A stretch of 17,526 bases of DNA from Nitrospinaceae bacterium. Its GTDB lineage: Bacteria > Nitrospinota > Nitrospinia > Nitrospinales > VA-1. The DNA is taken from assembly GCA_046754465.1 (NCBI GenBank), contig JBHHVU010000062.1, positions 1 to 17,526 on the forward strand, written 5' to 3'. Below, piece after piece: positions 1-8,537 of this stretch (position 1 is its first letter; each line of letters begins with the position of its first letter). The position numbers were made by a program, and so were the translations under genes. The notes beneath the pieces were generated by a model that saw only the letters and a list, made by a program, of their open reading frames with translations, was not told the origin of the DNA and searched no databases.

Positions 1-1
1 C

Positions 2-433
2 CCGATGATCCGAAAGGCGATTGAAACCCATATTCCAGCAAACTGGGATGTCATTGTTACAACCCAAAATACGGTAAATTTGGCATATCTTGCGAACCGA
101 AAATATTATTTCCCCTTTCCTTTAGGCGTACTTCAACCTTACCCCTTAATGCAAGGTTCTGACCGGACCCTAACGGGTTTATGGAGGTTTATAAAGAGCG
201 GTGAAATGACAACGGCAAAAACTGAGGAAATTTGGGCGGATTATGTGGTGCTCGACCTCAAGCGGCCCTGGTCCCTGCTGGATAAAGGCTGTGCCTGGCG
301 AAATGGAAAATGCCGGGATAACGGCAAATTCGCTTCCCGGTTCTTGTCCACGATTCAGCAAACCACGGAACGGTTCGATACGGTTTTCGAAAAGGATGGG
401 TTTTATATTCTCAAGAGAAAACACCTTCCATGA
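2..433 (+). CDS. C-terminal part of a DUF2079-like (putative GT-C type) membrane protein; probably 5'-truncated by the window edge
   Basis: The frame is open from the window start. 'AIETHIP...VIVTTQNTVNLAYLANRKYYFPFP...ADYVVLD...FEKDGFYILKR' resembles my recollection of the soluble C-terminal tail of DUF2079 proteins. It lies upstream of a flippase/GT cluster. Confidence 0.5.
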   Translation, partial: PMIRKAIETHIPANWDVIVTTQNTVNLAYLANRKYYFPFPLGVLQPYPLMQGSDRTLTGLWRFIKSGEMTTAKTEEIWADYVVLDLKRPWSLLDKGCAWRNGKCRDNGKFASRFLSTIQQTTERFDTVFEKDGFYILKRKHLP

Positions 434-438
434 GACAG

Positions 439-485
439 TTTGGGATTTGGAGGGAGCCTAAGGAAATCCCAAAATATTTTTGGGA
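439..485. repeat. Overlapping inverted repeats just after the first CDS (possible terminator or alternative hairpins)
   Basis: TTTGGGATTT (439-448) pairs with AAATCCCAAA (464-473). TCCCAAAA (467-474) pairs with TTTTGGGA (478-485). Confidence 0.4.
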
Positions 486-655
486 CAGGTTTTAAAGGAT
501 AATTGCACGGAAAAATGCGGTTTGCCCCAGAGTTTGTTTCACATAATTCAAGGGGAACAAAGGGGTTAAAGGGATGCCAATATCGTTGGTATCCTGAAAA
601 GTTTTTGCTACTCTATTTCGGTTTTAACTCGTAATAACTTTTGAGGGAATGCAGA

Positions 656-3600
656 GTGAAATCCATTTGGACCGTTCTTGTCGCCCTGATTTTTGCGTTT
701 TGTGCCATTGGCATCCAGGGCATGGGCGCATCGGCGGATGCAAAAAACCAGGGCCCGGAAAACGTCCTTGCGTCCTACGGCCTTGCGGGCGCGGAGAACA
801 CCATCCGTTTTTTGAAGAAGTTAAAACCGGGTGAAAACCCCCTTCCCGGAACCTATATTCTCAAGGCCCGGATGGAGCTTAAAACCCGGAAACAGTCCGA
901 AATTTATGAGTCCCGGGAATTGCAATGGTCCAAACCGGAATCCGCATCCCCTTCGTCCTCGGCATCTGGATGGTCCGTGCTTGGGAATCGATACCTTTGG
1001 AATCCAGGATCGGATCAAACTCTAATCCCTTTTTCCCTCACCCCCAAACGATCCGGAGGCCCTTCGATAGCTGGAATCAATGAGCTTCATATTGACTATG
1101 AGGACCTGTATCCCGGCGCCCCCTCCCAGTTGAGCGTGGAAATAGCCGTCTCAGGGAAAAAGCTGGATGAAACCATCACCCTCGCGGGAGTGACGAGTGG
1201 GAAAAAGCAACTCTCCACCTTTGAATCCGTAAATGTTTCTTCCGCCCCCTGGAAAAAAAAGGACGTGGATTATTTGATAAGGCGCAAAATGAACCTGCCC
1301 TTTAAACCCATTTGGAATTATAAACAAAAAGGCGGCCACACGTTCTTCCAGCGGCGGTTTCATAAAGATCTCACTCAAATGGAAGCGATGGACCTGGTAT
1401 TTCGGCAGGGGGCCTCCGAGGACCATGTCCGGGAGTTGATTTGTAACCTCCGGCTGGGTCTTGGAAGCGAAGCCACTCAGAAAAGGGTGGTCGTGGATTG
1501 GGCCAGTCTTCCCAAACACACGATGGAGGCTCAGGGCCGAAAAGTCATCCGCATCGAAATCGGCCAATGGGTCCGGAAAAAATTCCCAAAAGAGGAAGAA
1601 GTCTTTCTCGAAGAAGCGATTTTCGCCCTCCCCGGCAACCCGGCGCACATCCTCCGGGAAAACCTTTTGCAAACCATCGAATTTAAAAGTGGATCTTCAT
1701 TGCAGACCAAACGGGCCAATATTCTGGAAGCTGTCAGGGATCACCTGGAGGCAGCCGGCACGCTGGAATTCACGCAAGAACTTTTAAGGGGGAAAAGTGC
1801 TATCTCCTCCGTCCGTGAACTGTTGGGAGCCTCCCCCGAGCCATACTGGAATTATACCCGGAAAGGAAAGTACGTTGTGCTCCAGCGGAGTCTCCATAAA
1901 GAGATTTCTTCGACCGAGGCCTTGGATTTGCTTTTTGCCCCTTGGGTGGATGCCGCTTCAGTGGACGTCAAGCTCAAGTTGAAGTTTGAGGGCCTATGGG
2001 AATTTTCCAAAACGTTTTCACGAAACAATTTTCTCATGGGAATTTACAGGATTCGAGGAAACAGGGTGCTGCGCCTCGGTCTTGGTGACTTTCTCAGAAA
2101 ACGTTATTCCAAGAAGATCAAAAAGAAAATTTATCTGGAAGGCGTGGAAATTAAACTTCCTGGTGAAATCGACCAGATCGTTCAAGATGGCATTTTCAAG
2201 AGAATCGTTTTTCAGAGCCTGGCCGGGATCGAACAGGACCGATCAAAAAATACCGGTGAAAGCAAGAAGAGGATCGACCGGGTTATAAGTTTACCGTGGG
2301 AAAGCCACCGTTTGCCCAATAAGCAAAACCAGCTTGTTATTAAAATAGGGGATTTGATCGATATCGCGGGAGGGAACGCTAGGATTCAGAACATCATATT
2401 ACGCGTTCAGCCCGAGAATGCCGGCTATATTGGCGGGTCCCGTCTGCTGGGCGCACGAATGGTCAGCCTGGGGGAAGGACAACAACCCGTATTTTTTAGC
2501 GAAGGCGAACAGTTGAGCAGGAAATGGGGAGGACCGTTTTTGGACCTGGATGCACAGGAGGGCCAAACGGAATGGGTCAAAACTCTCGGCTACCTCACCC
2601 TTCAGGGGAACAAAACACCGGAAGGCTTTTTGCCTGCCCCTCAGGAAAAACCACGGGTGACTTCCCCGTTTCAATCCAACCAAGAAACACCAAACCATGC
2701 CAAAGCAAGAGTCCCCTCACGCCCCAAGCCTTCCCAACTTCGGATTCGTGGGATCACCCTTCATTCCGCGATTCCTTTCCGCGATTGGGGTCTGGAGCCG
2801 GACGGATTACACCTGGAAGGAACAAGCCCATGGATCGAGGTGAATTGGCCGGTTCACGGAAATATCAGCCGGAATACGCGTTTCTTTTTAAATATTGCCG
2901 AGGGAACCAATAACATCAAGTACCTGCGTGTGATCCCCTTCTCAGGGGGAAACCCTGCCGCCGGCTCTCTGGTTTTGCCCAATAAGGCGGTTTCCTTGGG
3001 AAAGGCATCCGGTCCCATCGACAAAATCAAGATTCAAATACATTTTAAAACAAAGTCCTTCAGAGTCAAAATCAAGGAAATCGCCTTATTTGATCCCGTT
3101 GCGCTTTCGCCAGATCAAGCGGTCGAATTTCCTCGATTGGTGTGGAAAGAAGCCCCCCTCATTCCTGATAACATCCAATCCTCCGGAAATTCTCATATCA
3201 CCCGGAAACCAGGCCGGTTGACCGCAAAAATATCCCTCCAGCCAGGGGAAACGCCAAGGCTTTCCTGGACCACTTCCGTAGAACGTAAATTGAGTTGGAT
3301 CCAGGGATTAAATATCACTTACCGAAGTCCCTTGAGAATCGACTTCAACAATTCGTGTTGGCTTAAACTGACCCTTCGGGGTGCCCAAAATTCCATCAAC
3401 CGGGTAATCTGTCCCGCGAAAATGGCGGGTAAAATTTATATCCCCGCCGGCCAACTCTTCGAGGGAGAAATTATGAAGACGGATGAGGTGATAAAATCCA
3501 TCTCATGGCAGATCCTTTTCGATAAGCCCGTAAAATTAAAACAACTTCCCATAACCCTTGAATTGGGCATGAGCCTGGACGGCCTGGATTACCTCTCTCT

Positions 3601-4906
3601 GCGTAAGGAGCTGCCACATTATCCTATATTGGAAATGGACGGACAACCTCTGTATCCCGCTACAATTCCAACAAATACTCTATCCACAGGGCCTTTTGAA
3701 TTGAATTTGGACCAGATGCCTTTAACTCCATTTGCAAGTTCACATCCTGGGATCCGTTTTCTAAATCATCCTTATCTTGAAATCATCTCAGCCGTCCTTG
3801 AAAAAAGGGAACCGCTTTCCCGTGATGATTGGATTTCTCTCGTTTTCAGGAAGGAACCCCTGGATTCCTTTCCCTGGCTTGCAAAGCTCACGAAACCTCT
3901 CTTGGCCCTTCTAGGCTTCTTGATAATTTATTGGAGTTGGCACCGGAGCTGGTTCACGTTTTTTTGGAAATCGATCAAAACCACAAGCACCTTTTTATGG
4001 AAAAAATTTCAGATCGTCTTTTATAAATTGTCCTCACACCCTCCCGTAAATTGGACGATACTCAACCGAATCTTCGGACTTTTGATTTTAGGACCCGGTA
4101 TCTTCATTACCAGTTATTTGGGACAATCTAATGCCGGACAAATCATTTCCCGAACCTTGATGATCCTCCTGACCGCAGCGCTTTGGCATGAATGGCGTCT
4201 ATGGATTTCACGGCCAAAAACATCCGGTCATCACATGGAAAATGGAGAAATCGGCGGGCCAGGCTCTCCCCACGATCTCCGGAATGAAGCCCCCGACCCG
4301 CTGAGAAAATGGTTTTTCGGAAATGCGGATTCCAAAAATCTGCCCCCATTCCTGTTTCTAGTGGCTTTCATCGCTCTGGGATGGTTCGCCTGGACCCTGG
4401 GTTCGTTTCAGGATTTTCTCCTCAAATTCCCTCCCCTGCTGGGTATCATCTACTTCTTCCTTCCCTGGTTGTTCCAGACCCAGATGCGGATTTGGATCAC
4501 CACCGCCGTCGCGTTTTATGGTTTGGGGATTTTGGCGCTGCTGCTGAAATGGCAGGGGGGTGCGGACCTGTTCCTCAGTTTCGCCCCCGTTTTCGTTTTG
4601 CTCGCTTGGCGGAGCCTGATTCGGAACGTCAAACCTGCACTGGAAACCCGCCATCCCCATTGGGCGAGCAAAGTTTATGGTGGCGCCGGAACACCCTACA
4701 TCACGGGGTTTCTTCTGACCCTCGTTCTGGCCGCCCTGTTTCTTGTGTTCCACCTGGAGCCCGTGGCAAGCCAGATCGCGGTGGCCGGGTACTATGCACT
4801 GGTTGTTGGGGTCATTCTAGAGGCCCGAGCCGCGAAGAAAAAAGGAAACGCCCGCCTGGAGACAAAGCCCGTCCTGAAAACCGAAGACGAGGCCGCCGGT
4901 GCGTAA
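656..4906 (+). CDS. Large hypothetical protein (~1416 aa): N-terminal signal peptide, long extracytoplasmic region with a duplicated domain, C-terminal multi-pass membrane region
   Basis: Uninterrupted 4.2-kb ORF (the track starts it at TTG 641). The in-frame GTG at 656 follows GAGGGA (643-648) and gives a signal-peptide-like N-terminus (KSIWTVLVALIFAFCAIGIQGMGASADA). About 8-9 hydrophobic segments lie after ~aa 1080. The stop overlaps the next start. Confidence 0.85.
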   Translation: MKSIWTVLVALIFAFCAIGIQGMGASADAKNQGPENVLASYGLAGAENTIRFLKKLKPGENPLPGTYILKARMELKTRKQSEIYESRELQWSKPESASPSSSASGWSVLGNRYLWNPGSDQTLIPFSLTPKRSGGPSIAGINELHIDYEDLYPGAPSQLSVEIAVSGKKLDETITLAGVTSGKKQLSTFESVNVSSAPWKKKDVDYLIRRKMNLPFKPIWNYKQKGGHTFFQRRFHKDLTQMEAMDLVFRQGASEDHVRELICNLRLGLGSEATQKRVVVDWASLPKHTMEAQGRKVIRIEIGQWVRKKFPKEEEVFLEEAIFALPGNPAHILRENLLQTIEFKSGSSLQTKRANILEAVRDHLEAAGTLEFTQELLRGKSAISSVRELLGASPEPYWNYTRKGKYVVLQRSLHKEISSTEALDLLFAPWVDAASVDVKLKLKFEGLWEFSKTFSRNNFLMGIYRIRGNRVLRLGLGDFLRKRYSKKIKKKIYLEGVEIKLPGEIDQIVQDGIFKRIVFQSLAGIEQDRSKNTGESKKRIDRVISLPWESHRLPNKQNQLVIKIGDLIDIAGGNARIQNIILRVQPENAGYIGGSRLLGARMVSLGEGQQPVFFSEGEQLSRKWGGPFLDLDAQEGQTEWVKTLGYLTLQGNKTPEGFLPAPQEKPRVTSPFQSNQETPNHAKARVPSRPKPSQLRIRGITLHSAIPFRDWGLEPDGLHLEGTSPWIEVNWPVHGNISRNTRFFLNIAEGTNNIKYLRVIPFSGGNPAAGSLVLPNKAVSLGKASGPIDKIKIQIHFKTKSFRVKIKEIALFDPVALSPDQAVEFPRLVWKEAPLIPDNIQSSGNSHITRKPGRLTAKISLQPGETPRLSWTTSVERKLSWIQGLNITYRSPLRIDFNNSCWLKLTLRGAQNSINRVICPAKMAGKIYIPAGQLFEGEIMKTDEVIKSISWQILFDKPVKLKQLPITLELGMSLDGLDYLSLRKELPHYPILEMDGQPLYPATIPTNTLSTGPFELNLDQMPLTPFASSHPGIRFLNHPYLEIISAVLEKREPLSRDDWISLVFRKEPLDSFPWLAKLTKPLLALLGFLIIYWSWHRSWFTFFWKSIKTTSTFLWKKFQIVFYKLSSHPPVNWTILNRIFGLLILGPGIFITSYLGQSNAGQIISRTLMILLTAALWHEWRLWISRPKTSGHHMENGEIGGPGSPHDLRNEAPDPLRKWFFGNADSKNLPPFLFLVAFIALGWFAWTLGSFQDFLLKFPPLLGIIYFFLPWLFQTQMRIWITTAVAFYGLGILALLLKWQGGADLFLSFAPVFVLLAWRSLIRNVKPALETRHPHWASKVYGGAGTPYITGFLLTLVLAALFLVFHLEPVASQIAVAGYYALVVGVILEARAAKKKGNARLETKPVLKTEDEAAGA

Positions 4907-6143
4907 TTTCCTGCGCAACAACCTCCTCATCCTGGTCATCCTGAATTCCAGCAACGTTTTCAATTACCTGTTCCAACTGATCGTAGGGAGAACCCTGACC
5001 CCCGCCGATTACGGAAGTTTTAATGCCCTGAACTCGCTGGCCGTTGTGTTATCCGCCCCCGTGGCTGTCCTGCCCCTCGTGTTTTCGCGGTACACCGTGC
5101 AATTGTCCGTTTCCGGTCTACCGCAGGTGAAAAGTCTTTTGGTGGACGGATTTCGCAGAATGGTCCTCGTGGCGGCGGGTATTTTGATTATAGGCCTATT
5201 GGCCCTTCCCTGGCTGAAGAGTTATCTCCACCTGGATTCCACCCCTCCCCTGATGATCATGCTGGCGCAGTTGGTTTTGTCCCTGCTGCTTCCCGTTCTG
5301 CTGGGCGTGATCCAGGGGTTGCACCGATTCGTCCATTTCGGGTTCGCGTCAAGCAGCGTGGCCCTGGTGCGTTTTCTGGGTGCCCTTTCCCTGGTCATGG
5401 CGTTGGGATGGGGGGTCAATGGTGCGCTCCTTAGCGGAACGCTGGGAACTTTAATGGCCATGGGGATCGCTTTTTGGACCCTGAACGATATATTGAAAAC
5501 ACCCCGCAGCGCCCTCCCTCACGGTATTTTTCATAAGATGGGCCGGTATTCCCTGCCGGTTTTTCTGTCCACCACCATGGTGATGACCCTGGGAAACCTG
5601 GATATCGTCCTTGTCCGGCATTATTGCCTGCCAGAAGAAGCAGGCCTGTACTCCATCGCGGCCATCCTGGGAAGGATCGCCATGTTTCTTCCCGGCGTCC
5701 TGATCATCGTCCTCTTTCCCGAGGCCGTCAAAACCCAGGCTGCCGGTCAAGAAGACGTCCGCCTGCTCTGGGTCAGCCTGGGATTGACCGCTCTCCTGGG
5801 CGGCGGAATCGCCCTGGCCTGTTCCCTTTGGCCGCGCCCGATCATCGCCCTGCTTTTTGGGGAAAAATATATCGGGGCCGCCGTCCTTCTGCAAATTGTC
5901 AGCGCGGCGATGGCCATGCTGGCCGTGGCCAACGTCATTTTCACCTATTGCCTCGCCCGGTCCGAATTCACCTTTCTCTGGCCCCTCGCGGGCGGCGTTG
6001 GACTGATGTTGATCCTCATCTTTTACTTTCATGACACCGCTCGGACCATCGCCGAAATGGTCCTGATCTCCGTCGGGGTCATTCTGACCGGAACGATGGG
6101 CTGGTACCTCCTCCGGGTGCGCCGTCCCCTCACCTCCCCATGA
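4899..6143 (+). CDS. Wzx/MATE-like polysaccharide (oligosaccharide) flippase
   Basis: 414 aa with ~12 TM segments. Motifs 'NVFNYLFQLIVGRTLTPADYG', 'NLDIVLVRHY...EAGLYS' and 'LLFGEKY' are typical of the polysaccharide biosynthesis/export (Wzx) family. The GTG start overlaps the upstream TAA. Confidence 0.85.
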   Translation: MRNFLRNNLLILVILNSSNVFNYLFQLIVGRTLTPADYGSFNALNSLAVVLSAPVAVLPLVFSRYTVQLSVSGLPQVKSLLVDGFRRMVLVAAGILIIGLLALPWLKSYLHLDSTPPLMIMLAQLVLSLLLPVLLGVIQGLHRFVHFGFASSSVALVRFLGALSLVMALGWGVNGALLSGTLGTLMAMGIAFWTLNDILKTPRSALPHGIFHKMGRYSLPVFLSTTMVMTLGNLDIVLVRHYCLPEEAGLYSIAAILGRIAMFLPGVLIIVLFPEAVKTQAAGQEDVRLLWVSLGLTALLGGGIALACSLWPRPIIALLFGEKYIGAAVLLQIVSAAMAMLAVANVIFTYCLARSEFTFLWPLAGGVGLMLILIFYFHDTARTIAEMVLISVGVILTGTMGWYLLRVRRPLTSP

Positions 6144-7360
6144 CTGCCGCGCGGTCCGTGAGCAGGCAATGGCTGGCAACGCTCTACGCCGCCGTGGTCT
6201 CCATGCTCCTGACCTTTCTCCTGGGACGGGTGTTCGGACCCGAGACCTTCGGCCGATACAGCTACATCATCACCATCGCCTCACTCTTTGCCATCCTGCA
6301 GGACGGCGGATTCCGAACCCTGCTGTTCCGGGAACTGACCTCACCCTCGCTACCCACCGCGGTGGAAAAACTTTTTCCCATTGCCCTCGGACACGTCCTG
6401 GCGGTTACCGGATTCGGCGTTTTGATCGTAACGGTCCTTCCCCTGCCCGATCCCGTGCCGACGGGCTTGGCCGTGCTGGCTTTCGGACTGGGCACGGTGA
6501 CGCGGTTCATTTCTTCCCATCTCCGGGGCCAGGGAAAATTCTCCCGCGAGGCCGGGTGGAGCGTTCTCGTCCGCACCATCACCGCCGTGGGGATATTGGC
6601 CTCTCTCTACGGGTTTTCCCCAAAAGTGGAATGGGTGTTGGCGGGTTGGGTGTCGGGGTATCTTCTCTCCCTGGTGTTCCAGCCGTATTGTCCCCTGGGA
6701 AAAATATCCCTCGTCAAACCGGACCCGCGGATTTATAAATCCCTCACCGCCCTCGTCATCATTGACATCGCCACGCTGATCTATTTTAAAATAGATATCG
6801 TGATGCTTCGCCACCTCGGTCCCAGTTTGCAACAGGTCGGATTTTATGCGGCCGATTCCAGAATATTGGAGGGCATCATCTTTCTCCTCCTGCCGTTCGC
6901 CAACGTTTTTTTCCGGGAGATGCGGTTACGCTCCAAGGATCCGCCCCGTCTCGTTCGATTCACCAACCGGTTGATCGGAGCGGCCTGCTTGACCGCACTC
7001 ATCATCGTGCCGGCAGGGCTGATACTGGGCGAGGGCGTTCTCGTCCTTTGTTTTGGTGAGGACTACCGGGCCGCCGCGGAGCTCCTGCACTGGCTTTTCC
7101 TTGCCCTGGCATTCATGATCCCTAACCTGGTGCTCACCCAGGGTGCTCTTGCCATCGACCGGGAAAATTATTACGCCGCAGGGGCGTGCGCCGCCGCCCT
7201 CTTGAACATAACCTTGAACCTTTTTCTCATTCCCGCCCTGGGCGCCAAGGGAGCCGCCCTGGGAACCTTGATCACCGAGGGGTTCTTGTCGATATTCATC
7301 GCCGCCGGAATTTTATCGTGGGTTGCCAAACAAGGAAAACCGAAAATTGAACCGCGCTGA
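6140..7360 (+). CDS. Second Wzx-like flippase
   Basis: 406 aa, hydrophobic. Motifs 'LGRVFGPETFGRYS', 'QDGGFRTLLFRE', 'IYFKIDIVML' and 'LNITLNLFLIPALGAKGAALGTLITE' match the Polysacc_synt C-terminal pattern. ATGA overlap with the upstream gene. Confidence 0.87.
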   Translation: MTAARSVSRQWLATLYAAVVSMLLTFLLGRVFGPETFGRYSYIITIASLFAILQDGGFRTLLFRELTSPSLPTAVEKLFPIALGHVLAVTGFGVLIVTVLPLPDPVPTGLAVLAFGLGTVTRFISSHLRGQGKFSREAGWSVLVRTITAVGILASLYGFSPKVEWVLAGWVSGYLLSLVFQPYCPLGKISLVKPDPRIYKSLTALVIIDIATLIYFKIDIVMLRHLGPSLQQVGFYAADSRILEGIIFLLLPFANVFFREMRLRSKDPPRLVRFTNRLIGAACLTALIIVPAGLILGEGVLVLCFGEDYRAAAELLHWLFLALAFMIPNLVLTQGALAIDRENYYAAGACAAALLNITLNLFLIPALGAKGAALGTLITEGFLSIFIAAGILSWVAKQGKPKIEPR

Positions 7361-8432
7361 CGCCCTGGTGTTACACGATTCCTTCGCCTTCAAAGGGGGC
7401 GGGGAAAGACTCGCCGAAATCCTTTGCCGGGGACTGCGCCTGGACCTGGCCTTCGGCGATTATTCCGAACAGAGTTTCGATCTCAAAACCCTGCCCGGAC
7501 GCTGCATCGACCTGAAGGCAAAATCGGGCATCCCGGGCTGGCGAACCTTGAAGCGGTTCTGGGCCTTCGGGGCGCGAACCCGGTTTCTAAAGAATTATGA
7601 AACCGTGATTTACAGCGGGCAGAATTCGGTGCTCGCGGTATACAACCACCCTTCCGGGAAAAACATTTATTATTGCAACACCCCTCCCCGGTCGGTCTAT
7701 GACCTTAAAGATTTTCACCTCGCCACGCTGCCCAAGGGGCAGACCCCGGTGCACAACGCCTACAACTTTATCTTCCGGCCCTGGTACGAGGCCGCCGTGG
7801 ACCGAATGGATGTGATCGTCGCCAACTCGAAAAATATCCAAAAAAGAATCAAGGCATTTTTGAATAAAGATTCCCAGGTGGTCCACCCCCCCTGCGAAAC
7901 CGAAAAATTCAGATGGATGGGACAAGAGGATTATTACCTGTCCACCGCCAGGCTGACTCCGCTTAAGCGGGTGGACACCATCATCGAAGCGTTCCTCCAA
8001 ATGCCTGACCGGCGGCTCATCCTCGCTTCCAGCGGACCGGAGTATGAAAGATTCCAGGCCTTGGCGGAGGGAAAAACAAATATCAGTTTCGCCGGAGCGG
8101 TGGACGATGAACGGCTCCAACAGCTCATGGGCCATGCCATTGCCACCGTTTACATTCCGCGGGAGGAAGATTTCGGCATATCCCCGGTAGAATCCATGGC
8201 CGCGGGGAAACCGGTGTTGGGCGTGGCGGAGGGGGGCCTGCTCGAAACAGTCGTCCATGGGGAAACGGGGATATTGATCCCGCCCAATCCCTCGGTGGAA
8301 GACGTCATCCACGGAATCCGCGAACTGGGCTCGGCCCGGGCCAAAGAAATGCGCGCCTCATGCCAACAGCGAGCCGGACTATTCAGCAAACAGGTTTTCC
8401 TGGAAAAAATGAAAGCGCTGATCGAGGAATGA
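7347..8432 (+). CDS. GT4-family (GT-B) glycosyltransferase, WbaZ/mannosyltransferase-like
   Basis: Shows 'GGGERL', 'IVANSKNI', 'RLTPLKRVD' and the EX7E motif 'EDFGISPVESMAAGKPV'. TTG 7347 is preferred over TTG 7323 because AAGGA lies at 7332-7336. The gene overlaps the flippase stop. Confidence 0.9.
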   Translation: MNRADALVLHDSFAFKGGGERLAEILCRGLRLDLAFGDYSEQSFDLKTLPGRCIDLKAKSGIPGWRTLKRFWAFGARTRFLKNYETVIYSGQNSVLAVYNHPSGKNIYYCNTPPRSVYDLKDFHLATLPKGQTPVHNAYNFIFRPWYEAAVDRMDVIVANSKNIQKRIKAFLNKDSQVVHPPCETEKFRWMGQEDYYLSTARLTPLKRVDTIIEAFLQMPDRRLILASSGPEYERFQALAEGKTNISFAGAVDDERLQQLMGHAIATVYIPREEDFGISPVESMAAGKPVLGVAEGGLLETVVHGETGILIPPNPSVEDVIHGIRELGSARAKEMRASCQQRAGLFSKQVFLEKMKALIEE

Positions 8433-8510
8433 AAAAACCTTGGAGGAGAAAAAGTTGGAAATTCCAACCGGGCATTGAAGCGGGGGGGGGTGTCGGCAAA
8501 ACTGGGTGAA

Positions 8511-8537
8511 CTCAGCCGGACGAATTCACCGGCTGAG
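8511..8537. repeat. Hairpin overlapping the diguanylate cyclase stop codon, near the junction of convergent genes
   Basis: CTCAGCCGG (8511-8519) and CCGGCTGAG (8529-8537) form a perfect 9-bp stem with a 9-nt loop. There is no clear U-tract. Confidence 0.35.

Noticed and set aside
4309..8467. Alternative-frame and antisense ORFs across the glycan operon (e.g. 4309-4944, 5451-6179, 6169-6738, 7587-8312)
   Set aside because: They overlap well-supported genes, have Arg/Pro/Gly-rich shadow composition and show no family motifs.
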